A DNA stretch of 25,140 nt, from positions 1 to 25,140 of the IMG/VR virus record IMGVR_UViG_3300043400_000002; one strand, 5' to 3'. This document shows positions 15,037-23,517 of the stretch, piece after piece. This DNA comes from a virus. Taxonomy: Duplodnaviria; Caudoviricetes. The position numbers were made by a program, and so were the translations under genes. How positions within the stretch are numbered: position 1 is the first letter of the stretch; every line of letters starts with the position of its first letter. The notes under the pieces were generated by a model. The model did not search any database, had not been told where the DNA came from, and saw nothing but the letters and a program-made list of their open reading frames with translations.

Positions 15037-15536
15037 GCAACGAATACAATATTTCAGATTTTCAACTTGATTGTTACGCTTTCAATGAGATTGCAGGTAA
15101 GCACAATTTAACTGCACTGAAAGATATTGAGTTTCAGTATAACCTAATTGCTGAAGAAGCTAAGGAGATTAAAGAAAAAGGTATCGACAAGAACAACGTC
15201 AAAGAAACATTAGACGGTGTTATTGACGTAATGGTTACTGCACTTGGTCTATTGCAAAAGCTAGAATATCTTGGTGTAGACACTAACAAAGCAATGAAAG
15301 ACACAGCAGAGAATAATCTAACAAAATATCCTGCAAGAGAACTAACCGCAATTCAAACTGCACAAAAATATGAAGAAGACGGTATTCCGGTTACTGTAGA
15401 ATACAACTCAAATTACGAACTATTCGTTATCAAAAACTGGAATGATAAAGTTATGAAACCAATTGATTTTGAATCTAACGATCTATCTAATTGCATTCCT
15501 GCAGAACTATTGGAGAAAGGTTTTCAAGATGAATGA
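15033..15536 (+). CDS. MazG-like/PRA-PH-family NTP pyrophosphohydrolase
   Basis: LIAEEAKE...ETLDGVIDVMVTALG acidic motif, NNLTK, KVMKP. Confidence 0.78.
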   Translation: MSNEYNISDFQLDCYAFNEIAGKHNLTALKDIEFQYNLIAEEAKEIKEKGIDKNNVKETLDGVIDVMVTALGLLQKLEYLGVDTNKAMKDTAENNLTKYPARELTAIQTAQKYEEDGIPVTVEYNSNYELFVIKNWNDKVMKPIDFESNDLSNCIPAELLEKGFQDE

Positions 15537-16068
15537 GTATAAATTTGACAACGGGCTTTTATACAAGTATGAACCTCACGAAGAAGATTGTGTTGATTGT
15601 GTTTTTCGAAATAATTCACATGGTTGTATAGAATCACAACACTACGCAGATTGCAGTGAGCACGATATTATTTGGTTAAAAGTTGAAAGGGAGGATATGA
15701 AAAGTATTACACAAGAAATCAAAGACTGGAAAGATCAAGATGTAATTACCGAACAAACTCCCGGTACTAAATATGATCAAGGTAAGTTACAATATACATT
15801 AGTACCTCCGTATGCATTACGAGAAGTTGCACGTAATCTAACCGAAGGTCTAAAGAAGTACAAAGAGCGTAACAACTGGCAGAAGGTTGAAGGTGCAGAA
15901 CAACGCTACATGGATGCTCTTATGAGGCATTTTGAGGCTATTAGAAGGGGTGAAATCTATGATGTAGATAGTAGTGACCCAACTATCAGCCATATGTCTG
16001 CTGTAGCCGTTAATGCAATGTTCTTGCTTGAATTTATGTATAACCCTCAGCTGAAAGGTGAACAATGA
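15529..16068 (+). CDS. dATP/dGTP diphosphohydrolase (DUF5664-like) with N-terminal Cys-rich extension
   Basis: GTKYDQGK...LVPP.AL.EVA..LT.G..KY...NW...YMDALMRH...GE..D.DS...HM.AVA.NAMFL; start taken as ATG 15529. Confidence 0.85.
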   Translation: MNEYKFDNGLLYKYEPHEEDCVDCVFRNNSHGCIESQHYADCSEHDIIWLKVEREDMKSITQEIKDWKDQDVITEQTPGTKYDQGKLQYTLVPPYALREVARNLTEGLKKYKERNNWQKVEGAEQRYMDALMRHFEAIRRGEIYDVDSSDPTISHMSAVAVNAMFLLEFMYNPQLKGEQ

Positions 16069-16211
16069 ATATTTTACTTAGTATTTGTACGTTTATTGTA
16101 GTTTTCATTGTAGTACTACTTTATGTTGCTACTCGTAAACTAATCCAAGATCACCAAGATTTACATTCTTCAAAAGAAGATGAAACTCTTGATTTACCCA
16201 AAACCCTGTGA
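16065..16211 (+). CDS. 48-aa membrane peptide (not in the ORF track)
   Basis: ATGA overlap with the previous stop, SD AAGGTG; MNILLSICTFIVVFIVVLLYVATRK...LPKTL. Confidence 0.65.
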   Translation: MNILLSICTFIVVFIVVLLYVATRKLIQDHQDLHSSKEDETLDLPKTL

Positions 16212-16217
16212 TATAAT
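16189..16217 (+). promoter_or_regulatory. sigma70-like promoter upstream of the RNR cluster
   Basis: TTGATT (16189-16194), 17 nt spacer, TATAAT (16212-16217), extended -10 TG. Confidence 0.75.
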
Positions 16218-16247
16218 CACTATTCTCTTAATTTTTAAAGGTAGTAC

Positions 16248-16667
16248 ATGAATAAAAAATTAAAGTTCCCACCTCGTCCAAGCGCAATCGTAGCATTGTG
16301 CATTATCTCAGAATCAGAAATTATTAAGGTAATGCCAAACTATTCAGCGGAATTTGAAAATGAAGAGATTAAGTTTAAAAGCTTTCTTTATTCATTAGGT
16401 ATGGATGTTGATAAACCATTTCAACGCCAAGATGGATTACAGCATCGTAATCGCTTGAATGAAATTGTAGTCTGTAGTCGATGGGTGGGTGAAGAGAGAG
16501 TCGATGAAGCTTGGATCATGAGTGGTTACGCAAGTAAACCTGCCATTGATAAGGCAAGCGGAAGTAAATTAACGGAAGATTTGTATCGTGCAAGATATGA
16601 GACACAAGACGCTCAAGACATGTTAGAGGCACGAGATAGATACAATACAATCACAGAGGAAGAATAA
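16248..16667 (+). CDS. Hypothetical protein
   Basis: 139-aa ORF with SD AAGGT, abutting nrdB. Confidence 0.75.
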   Translation: MNKKLKFPPRPSAIVALCIISESEIIKVMPNYSAEFENEEIKFKSFLYSLGMDVDKPFQRQDGLQHRNRLNEIVVCSRWVGEERVDEAWIMSGYASKPAIDKASGSKLTEDLYRARYETQDAQDMLEARDRYNTITEEE

Positions 16668-17663
16668 ATGCTAGAAAAGCACCTGTTGCCAATTAATGAA
16701 CGACAAGAACCAGTTGAGTTTGCAGATCAACAATTAAAAGTATTTTGGCTACCAGATGAAATTAAAGTAGAGAAAGATATTCAAGACGTACTGGTGAATT
16801 TTACACCTGCAGAAAAACATGCTGTAATTACTACGTTAAAACTATTCAGTATCTACGAAACACATGCAGGGTCTGAATATTGGGGTGGACGGTTTAAGAA
16901 CATGTTTGATGGTGCAGAATTCCATCGTATGGCTTCCGTCTTCTCTATGTTTGAACTTGCAGTACATGCACCGTTTTATAACAAGATTAACCAGCTATTG
17001 CACATTGATACACCTGAGTTTTATACATCGTATTTGAACGATCCTGTGTTAAAACAACGTGTAGAGCATATTGGTGAGATTATCGATCATCCCGATGACT
17101 TGATTTCACTAGCAGCTTTTTCGATGGTGGAAGGTGTAATCTTGTATTCATCTTTTGCATTCTTAAAGCACTACCAATCTCAAGGTAAGAACAAGTTAAT
17201 GAATATTGTACGAGGGATTAATTTCTCAGTGCGTGATGAAAATATGCATTCTACTGGTGGAGCTTGGGCTTTCAAGTACAACTTAGAGCAAGAGAAAGCT
17301 TCAATGACTTCTGAGCAATTCGAGAAAAGAAAAGCTGAGATTGAAGCACAAGTTCGATTGGTAGCACAAAAGCTATATGAGCACGAATGCCAAATCATTG
17401 CTAAGTTATTTGAGCAAGGTGAAATCAAAGGTATTACTGCACATCAACTGGAAAATTTTGTACAATCTCGTGTAAACGAATGTTTAAAGCAACTAGGGTT
17501 TGCAAAAGAGTACGATGTAAAGTATAATCCAATTGCGGAATACTTCTACAAGGGTATCAACGATTACACATTCAATGACTTCTTCAGTGGTATGGGTAAT
17601 CAGTATCACCGTAATTGGGACAGTGCAGGATTTGTTTGGAAAAAGGAGAACGACAGTGAGTAA
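16668..17663 (+). CDS. nrdB: Class I ribonucleotide reductase beta subunit
   Basis: FWLPDEI..EKD, ELAVHAPFY (ExxH plus radical Tyr), VEGVILYSSF, RDENMH, FNDFF...NQY. Confidence 0.95.
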   Translation: MLEKHLLPINERQEPVEFADQQLKVFWLPDEIKVEKDIQDVLVNFTPAEKHAVITTLKLFSIYETHAGSEYWGGRFKNMFDGAEFHRMASVFSMFELAVHAPFYNKINQLLHIDTPEFYTSYLNDPVLKQRVEHIGEIIDHPDDLISLAAFSMVEGVILYSSFAFLKHYQSQGKNKLMNIVRGINFSVRDENMHSTGGAWAFKYNLEQEKASMTSEQFEKRKAEIEAQVRLVAQKLYEHECQIIAKLFEQGEIKGITAHQLENFVQSRVNECLKQLGFAKEYDVKYNPIAEYFYKGINDYTFNDFFSGMGNQYHRNWDSAGFVWKKENDSE

Positions 17664-17844
17664 GAATAAAAATTGTATTGAATTACGCAAATGCACTAGC
17701 GGCGATTGGGTTCAAATGATTATCAACCATCGTCTTGTTTTTGAAGGTCATCATATTCCTGATTTTATTTGGTTAGATGTACTAGCAGACACGAACTTTG
17801 ATGTTTCAGAAACCGAATATAGTGAAGAGGAAATTGATGAGTAA
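17656..17844 (+). CDS. Small acidic hypothetical protein between nrdB and nrdA
   Basis: SD AAGGAG before GTG 17656; overlaps the nrdB stop and nrdA start. Confidence 0.65.
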   Translation: MSKNKNCIELRKCTSGDWVQMIINHRLVFEGHHIPDFIWLDVLADTNFDVSETEYSEEEIDE

Positions 17845-19531
17845 TATTTATAAAGAACTAAGCGAAGAGCGTAAGAAACTACAGGAGCAAGATTTAGTCC
17901 CTCAGTGGTATACAACTGCAGGTTATCAGATGTTCAAGGATAAATATGAATATCAAACTGAAGGTCGCTCTGTACGTGGTCAATTTGAGAGGATAGCCCG
18001 TACTGCAGCAAAACACGTTCCTATGCTCCCTGAAGCTGAAGCAGAGTTCTTTAAACTGCTATGGAACGGTTGGTTATCACCCAGTACTCCTGTACTAGCT
18101 AACATGGGAACGACTCGTGGAATGCCTGTATCATGCTCAGGAACCATTGCTGATGATTCTGTTGATGGTTTCTACAGTAACTTACATGAAGTAGCTATGC
18201 TAACTAAGTATGGCTTTGGTACAGCTACTGATTTAAGCTCTATTCGCCCTCGTGGTTCTCCTATTAGCGTAGGCGGCAAAGCTTCTGGTGTTCTACCTGT
18301 GATTAAAGAGCATGTTAACGCTATGCGTAATATTGCACAAGGTACTGCACGTAGAGGTGCATGGGCTTTCTATCTAGATATTGAACACGGTGACTTCAAT
18401 GAAATCGCTGATCATATCTTAGCTGAACCGGACGATCTCAATGCAGGATGGACCATTCGCCAAAGCTTTATTGACCGTTTAGAGAATGATGATCGAGATG
18501 CTATTGAACGATTCCAAAAGACAATGAAAATTAAGATGGTAACTGGTAAAGGTTATTTCTTCTTCATTGACAAAGCCAATGCTAAACGTCCAATTACTTA
18601 TGTGGATCATGGTCTGAAGATTAATAACTCGCAGTTATGCTCTGAGATTATGTTATTCAACGATTTGGACCATACATATACTTGTGTTCTATCTTCAATG
18701 AATGCAGCTAAACGAAGAGAATGGAAAGGTACAGATGCACCTTATTGGGCAACTGTCTTCTTAGATTGTGTAGCTTCAGAATTCGTAGAACGCGCTAAAG
18801 GTATCAACGGTTTAGAGAAAGCTGTACGGTTTACTGAAAAGAGCAGAGCTTTAGGTTTAGGTCTTTGTGGCATCCATACATTGTTCATGCAAGAAATGCT
18901 ACCGTTTGAAAGCTTCGATGCACACAGATTAAGCCAAGAGATTCAAGCTGATATTTGGGAACAAGCTCAAAAAGCTACCAAAGACATGGCAGTAATCTTA
19001 GGTGAACCTGAGTGGTGTAAAGGTTATGGTATTCGCAATACGCACTTAATTGCTATTGCACCTACCAAATCTACTGCATTACTAATGGGTGGTGTATCTG
19101 AAGGTATTAATCCCGATCCAGCTATGAGTTATAATCAAATGACTTCTGCAGGTGAAATTGATCGCTTGAATCCTGTACTACTTGAGCTAATGAAAAAGAA
19201 AGGTGTTTACACCAAGAAACATGTACAAGAGATTACAGATAAGCAAGGATCGGTCCAGCATGTAGATTGGTTAACTGCAGATGAGAAAGAGATTTTCAAA
19301 ACTGCGTTTGAAATTAACCAGAAAGCTGTGTTAAGATTAGCATCTGCACGTAGTCGGTATATTGATCAATGGCAGTCACTAAACCTGTTCTTTGCAGCAG
19401 ATGAAGACCCTGCTTGGATTGCTGAAGTTCACTCTGAAGCTTTCCGTGATCCTAATATCTTAGCGTTGTATTACATTTATACTCAAGCTGGTGTACAAGC
19501 CAGTAAGGGTGAATGTGAAGCTTGTCAATAA
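17837..19531 (+). CDS. nrdA: Class I ribonucleotide reductase alpha subunit (no ATP cone)
   Basis: SPSTPVLAN, PVSC, QGTARRGA, SQLCSEI, TCVLSS, RALGLG, RNTHLIAIAPT, IDQWQSLN, LYY, C-terminal CEAC; SD GAGG before ATG 17837. Confidence 0.95.
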   Translation: MSNIYKELSEERKKLQEQDLVPQWYTTAGYQMFKDKYEYQTEGRSVRGQFERIARTAAKHVPMLPEAEAEFFKLLWNGWLSPSTPVLANMGTTRGMPVSCSGTIADDSVDGFYSNLHEVAMLTKYGFGTATDLSSIRPRGSPISVGGKASGVLPVIKEHVNAMRNIAQGTARRGAWAFYLDIEHGDFNEIADHILAEPDDLNAGWTIRQSFIDRLENDDRDAIERFQKTMKIKMVTGKGYFFFIDKANAKRPITYVDHGLKINNSQLCSEIMLFNDLDHTYTCVLSSMNAAKRREWKGTDAPYWATVFLDCVASEFVERAKGINGLEKAVRFTEKSRALGLGLCGIHTLFMQEMLPFESFDAHRLSQEIQADIWEQAQKATKDMAVILGEPEWCKGYGIRNTHLIAIAPTKSTALLMGGVSEGINPDPAMSYNQMTSAGEIDRLNPVLLELMKKKGVYTKKHVQEITDKQGSVQHVDWLTADEKEIFKTAFEINQKAVLRLASARSRYIDQWQSLNLFFAADEDPAWIAEVHSEAFRDPNILALYYIYTQAGVQASKGECEACQ

Positions 19532-19544
19532 ACGAAAGGAATGT

Positions 19545-19787
19545 ATGAAAAAATTAGTAGTATTCAAAGCACATTGGTGCGCTCCATGTAAGATGCTCGG
19601 AAAAACCCTAGCTGATACAGACCTTGGTATTCCGGTAGAAACAGTAGACATTGACGCTGATCCTACGTCCACAATTGAATATGATATTCGCGGAGTACCA
19701 ACCGTACTTCTGATGAGTGATAATCAAGTTATGAAGCGTAGGTCAGGTTACATGAACGCTGAACAATTGAAAGAGTTTGTACAGTAA
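19545..19787 (+). CDS. Thioredoxin
   Basis: F.A.WCAPCK active site, IRGVPT; SD AAGGA before ATG 19545. Confidence 0.92.
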   Translation: MKKLVVFKAHWCAPCKMLGKTLADTDLGIPVETVDIDADPTSTIEYDIRGVPTVLLMSDNQVMKRRSGYMNAEQLKEFVQ

Positions 19788-19798
19788 AGTACAGACGT

Positions 19799-19845
19799 AA
19801 AAATACCCCGTAGGCTCCTTAGTTGGAACTTACGGGGTTTCTTTT
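19799..19845. terminator. Bidirectional intrinsic terminator between the convergent blocks
   Basis: AAAAAT-ACCCCGTAGGCTCC...GGAACTTACGGGGT-TTCTTTT; A-tract before and T-tract after the stem. Confidence 0.88.
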
Positions 19846-20290
19846 ATTTGAAAAGGCCAGATAAATACATAGTCTTATCGTCAATTTTCTTAGCAGTTAA
19901 CACTTGCTCACGGTTACTATTAACATCGTAACTAATGTGCGTCCATTCACCGAACTCTTGAATCGCTTGATCAAACTCAATGTTCATGTCTAGTAAGAAT
20001 TGCACAACATCATGTGGTGACATACCTTCAACTGCGATATCTACAGCTTTACCTTCGCTATGTTGGCTTGTTTTAACGCCACCAACGGCTTTATTTACCG
20101 CAGGACTACGGTAACCACTGGTAACTCTAATTGATCGCCCTAGAGCCGTTCTAAGCGGTTGCAGGACGTTTGTTACAAGCAGTTGTAGATTAGCAATAAC
20201 TTCTGGTGTTGGTTCGTTAGAGATACCAAGTCGTTTAGCTGAAGCTGATTGTGTGAATTCATCTAATGTAAAATTTGTAGATAATTTCAT
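19844..20290 (-). CDS. Endolysin, peptidase M15A (M15_3) family
   Basis: LSTNFTLDEF, VTSGYRS..VN.AVGG...SQH..G.AVD, WTHIS zinc ligands. Confidence 0.92.
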   Translation of the reverse strand: MKLSTNFTLDEFTQSASAKRLGISNEPTPEVIANLQLLVTNVLQPLRTALGRSIRVTSGYRSPAVNKAVGGVKTSQHSEGKAVDIAVEGMSPHDVVQFLLDMNIEFDQAIQEFGEWTHISYDVNSNREQVLTAKKIDDKTMYLSGLFK

Positions 20291-20298
20291 ATTATACC

Positions 20299-20790
20299 TT
20301 ACTTGGTTAGTTTACTGATGGTTTCATCTTTAACTTGAGAATTACGTGATGAACCACGATGAAAATTAATGATAGTACCTGTAAGCGTCCATAAAGAACC
20401 CAATGCCATATAAACAATCTCTTTATTCTCAGAAGGAACACCTTTGAAGAATGCAAGCCAAGATACAATAACGGCAGCACTAACAATTATGAAATCTAAA
20501 ATATAAGCTGCATTCTTAGCCAATGTAGACGCATAGTTTGATTCTTGAACACGGGAATTCATGTCACGAGCACTTGCTGTATTTTTATTGTGCTGCTCTT
20601 CTTGAAATTCTTCGTGCTTAAAAGCTGCTAGTTTTAATTCTGCAATTTTCTCAGCAGACATATCAGGCTCCAACTTTACACCTGTTTTCTCTTCTACATA
20701 GTCTAAACCTTTGTCCACTACGGCTTGTGCCATTTTGGGAAGGTTATTAGCTATAAGAGAACTTACAATACTAGCAACTAATGGTAACAT
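20299..20790 (-). CDS. Putative holin (3TM holin/GTA-holin-like)
   Basis: SARDM motif followed by two hydrophobic helices and INFHRGSS; directly upstream of the endolysin. Confidence 0.65.
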   Translation of the reverse strand: MLPLVASIVSSLIANNLPKMAQAVVDKGLDYVEEKTGVKLEPDMSAEKIAELKLAAFKHEEFQEEQHNKNTASARDMNSRVQESNYASTLAKNAAYILDFIIVSAAVIVSWLAFFKGVPSENKEIVYMALGSLWTLTGTIINFHRGSSRNSQVKDETISKLTK

Positions 20791-20807
20791 TTTATAATCC
20801 TATGTTC

Positions 20808-21035
20808 TTATAAACCAACTATCATTTTTAATACATTAGTAATACCCATTGATTGTGTAAGTACAACTAATACCGCACCCATTGCTAAGTACTTGATTTG
20901 GTTCAACGTCTTTTCAATACCAGATAAAGAATTTCGTAAATCTGTAGAAATATCCTGAAGTTTCTTTAATTCTTCTGCGTGATCTTCAACTTTTAATTCA
21001 AGTTTAATAATACGGTGTTCAATTTGTTCTGACAT
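20808..21035 (-). CDS. XhlA-like small membrane protein (lysis cassette)
   Basis: N-terminal coiled coil (RIIKLE...L..IEKTL.QIK) plus C-terminal hydrophobic helix. Confidence 0.6.
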   Translation of the reverse strand: MSEQIEHRIIKLELKVEDHAEELKKLQDISTDLRNSLSGIEKTLNQIKYLAMGAVLVVLTQSMGITNVLKMIVGL

Positions 21036-21073
21036 ACTAATACCTTTGACTACAATGCATAATACAATGCTAC

Positions 21074-21122
21074 AATAAAATAAAGCCTGAAAACCTGCTG
21101 TATTACCAGAAAGCTTTCAGGC
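21074..21122 (-). terminator. Intrinsic terminator upstream of the lysis genes
   Basis: On the - strand GCCTGAAAGCTT...AGGTTTTCAGGC followed by TTTATTTTATT. Confidence 0.75.
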
Positions 21123-21135
21123 GAAAGTTAAAACA

Positions 21136-21164
21136 ATTATATCATGATCTTTGATTAAAATCAA
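21136..21164 (-). promoter_or_regulatory. sigma70-like promoter upstream of the lysis genes
   Basis: On the - strand TTGATT (21164-21159), 17 nt spacer, TATAAT (21141-21136), extended -10 TG. Confidence 0.75.
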
Positions 21165-21167
21165 GGT

Positions 21168-21992
21168 TTAAACACACTCACGAAGAGTGTATTCTATGAT
21201 TTTTCCATAAGATTTTGTTGCGTAACCAAAGACACCTTTGTCATATTTAAAATCACATGACTTTAATTCGTTTTGAAACTCATAAGGTAACTCTAGCGCA
21301 CCGATCATGCCATGTGTTGTTACTGTATCTAATTCATCGGAATTTGCGTTGAATTTATATAGTTGTGTTAAACCATTAATCTCTTCAGTTCGGATGTAAT
21401 ATTCAATAACATCACCTGTTATTAAATCCAACGCGACCCATTCGACAGAGTCATCATTATGAACAAGTGAATCACTACTCTTATACCATTCAACAACAAC
21501 ACCATCTTTTACTTTGATATGATACAATACAGTACTATCATTTTCAATTTGCGAATACGCAAATGTATTTGACCAATGATCCTTATTGGTAATGTTATAA
21601 ATAGAATGACTATATAATAAACCATAAGTACCAAAACCGTGTTTAATATTGAGAATAGCATCAACATTGTTATCCATCACTAAATTTACTTTATTACAGT
21701 AAAATTCATACGCAACATACCAATCACTTTGCATTAAAAGTTCAATCGAGACAGTAATGTTTTGCTCATGATATTCGTGTAATTCTTTTATAAAATTATC
21801 TCCACCATGTTTTTCTAAGGCATATTTTAATAATTCAACATCTGTGTTTTCAGAGTAATTAGAATCTAAAGAAACCTGTCCTTGACCTGTTGATGTAGCA
21901 ACACCGTTTGATACACCACAAACCCAATTAACAATTGTTTTATCATTTTCTAGATATTTATCGATTATTTTAAACTTAACTGAAGTGTTCAT
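21168..21992 (-). CDS. Hypothetical protein (tail-module associated)
   Basis: 274-aa ORF coupled by ATGA overlap to the upstream adhesin-like gene; no recognised motif. Confidence 0.75.
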   Translation of the reverse strand: MNTSVKFKIIDKYLENDKTIVNWVCGVSNGVATSTGQGQVSLDSNYSENTDVELLKYALEKHGGDNFIKELHEYHEQNITVSIELLMQSDWYVAYEFYCNKVNLVMDNNVDAILNIKHGFGTYGLLYSHSIYNITNKDHWSNTFAYSQIENDSTVLYHIKVKDGVVVEWYKSSDSLVHNDDSVEWVALDLITGDVIEYYIRTEEINGLTQLYKFNANSDELDTVTTHGMIGALELPYEFQNELKSCDFKYDKGVFGYATKSYGKIIEYTLRECV

Positions 21993-22456
21993 GGTTTTTC
22001 TGCTCCATAAAAATTAGACAAACTAATTGTACCGGAAGTAGGTATATTTGTATTAATATTTGTAGTTGTTGTAGAACCAGATGTTCTATATACACCATAA
22101 TAATAATTGGAAATACCGTATGATCCAGACTGAGTATACCTTAAAGTCCCTCTGTAATATGTATAACCACCTGCACTAATACTTGTTACACTATTATCTG
22201 CGGGATTGGCAACAACTGCACTATTCCACCGAACTTGTTTACTAGCTGTTGTCATAATCATCCACACATAAGTTGTCCATCCGTTATCGTAATACTCACC
22301 ACTCGATGGTTCTCGAACAGTGGTGCTTACTGTCTTTGTTGAAGGTATATAAGCACCTCCTCTGTAATAATTTGCAAGAGACGGTGAACTTGGTCCACCG
22401 AATAAATTTCTAATATCACTAATAGATATCGAACCTGATGATTGCAAAAACGGCAT
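21989..22456 (-). CDS. Putative tail-fibre tip/adhesin protein
   Basis: LQSSGSISISDIRNLFGG..P.SLANYYRGG and IPTSGTISLSNFYGA motifs, familiar from small proteins following tail fibres; Gly/Ser/Thr/Tyr-rich. Confidence 0.6.
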   Translation of the reverse strand: MPFLQSSGSISISDIRNLFGGPSSPSLANYYRGGAYIPSTKTVSTTVREPSSGEYYDNGWTTYVWMIMTTASKQVRWNSAVVANPADNSVTSISAGGYTYYRGTLRYTQSGSYGISNYYYGVYRTSGSTTTTNINTNIPTSGTISLSNFYGAEKP

Positions 22457-23514
22457 TATTTCTGTAACCTTTCCTCTAATTTTTGTATTTCTGCTTTCAA
22501 GAGTAAAATTTCTTTGGCTAATTCAACAACAGAAACCATTGCTGCAGAACCGTAATTTACAGATAATACACCTTGTGAATCTTGTCTAACCGCATGTTGT
22601 AAAAACTGTTGTAGACTTTGAGCACCAACACCTACTTGTATTTCACCTGTGTCAGTTCTGGTATAAATACCGGAACGCAGATTTGCTAACTTAGTAATAA
22701 AATCAGAAGGTAAATCTCGCCAGTTGGTTTTCAATCTTTCATCAGAATATGCAGTAACATTACCGGATGATGTAATATCACCCGATGCAGTAATTGTTGT
22801 AGCTGATACATAACCACCGTCTAGGTTAGTTGCTGTTGCAGCACTACCAGCACTACTTGCATAACCAGCACTACCTGTAATGTTGATACCGTAAGTACCA
22901 CCGTTGTTATAAACACCGTTGGTTACAGTAGCTGCATTACCGTTAATACTAATTCCCCAAGTACCACTTGCATTAGTACCAGTTGTACTAGGTGCTCCAA
23001 CACTATTATAACTAATGGTCATTGCTGAACCACCATTAAAAGCAGAACCTGACGTAGCACCAGAACCTGAATTATTGAAAGTTAGTGAAGTATTTAAGTT
23101 AATGTTAATACCTGCTGTACCATCAAAGTTAACACCGTTAATAGCACGAGCAGTGATTAATCTTGTAGCAGTACCTGAATTACCCGCGATATCTCCAGTA
23201 ACTTTAGAACCAGAAAGTGCAGTAATCCAAGAAGGGTTTGAATAAGAGCCTGATGTATAAACACCATTGGTTACAGTAGCTGCATTACCAGAGATGTTAA
23301 TCGAATAAGCAGCAGCTAAATCAGCCCAACTTGAACCATTAAATTTCTGCCATTTAGTACTGGAGCTACTCCATCTGATAGTGTTTGTTGGTGCGTTAGT
23401 GACAGTAGTGACAGCGGGGTCAAGCCCCACTGCCAAATCATCAAAACGACCATCAAGCTCGGTAACAAAATTTGAGTAAGTACTCGTAATTGTTGGCTTT
23501 AAATGATCTGCCAT
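22456..23514 (-). CDS. Tail fibre protein with C-terminal intramolecular chaperone (peptidase S74)
   Basis: GNAATVT and ARAINGVNFDGT fibre repeats; TAYSDERLK autocleavage motif, G..AQ, VNY and terminal coiled coil. Confidence 0.88.
   Translation of the reverse strand: MADHLKPTITSTYSNFVTELDGRFDDLAVGLDPAVTTVTNAPTNTIRWSSSSTKWQKFNGSSWADLAAAYSINISGNAATVTNGVYTSGSYSNPSWITALSGSKVTGDIAGNSGTATRLITARAINGVNFDGTAGININLNTSLTFNNSGSGATSGSAFNGGSAMTISYNSVGAPSTTGTNASGTWGISINGNAATVTNGVYNNGGTYGINITGSAGYASSAGSAATATNLDGGYVSATTITASGDITSSGNVTAYSDERLKTNWRDLPSDFITKLANLRSGIYTRTDTGEIQVGVGAQSLQQFLQHAVRQDSQGVLSVNYGSAAMVSVVELAKEILLLKAEIQKLEERLQK
22908..23289. repeat. 34-bp direct repeat pair within the tail fibre gene
   Basis: TATAAACACC[G/A]TTGGTTACAGTAGCTGCATTACC at 22908-22941 and 23256-23289 (33/34 identical). 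Confidence 0.9.
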
Positions 23515-23517
23515 TTT

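Noticed and set aside
2531-19531. Introns or inteins in pol, nrdA, nrdB or Nampt
   Set aside because: Frames are continuous, and the apparent insertions are short and lack intein splice-junction motifs.
22908-23289. Diversity-generating retroelement or invertible segment in the tail genes
   Set aside because: The repeat is only 34 bp, direct, with one mismatch; no reverse transcriptase or invertase is in the window.
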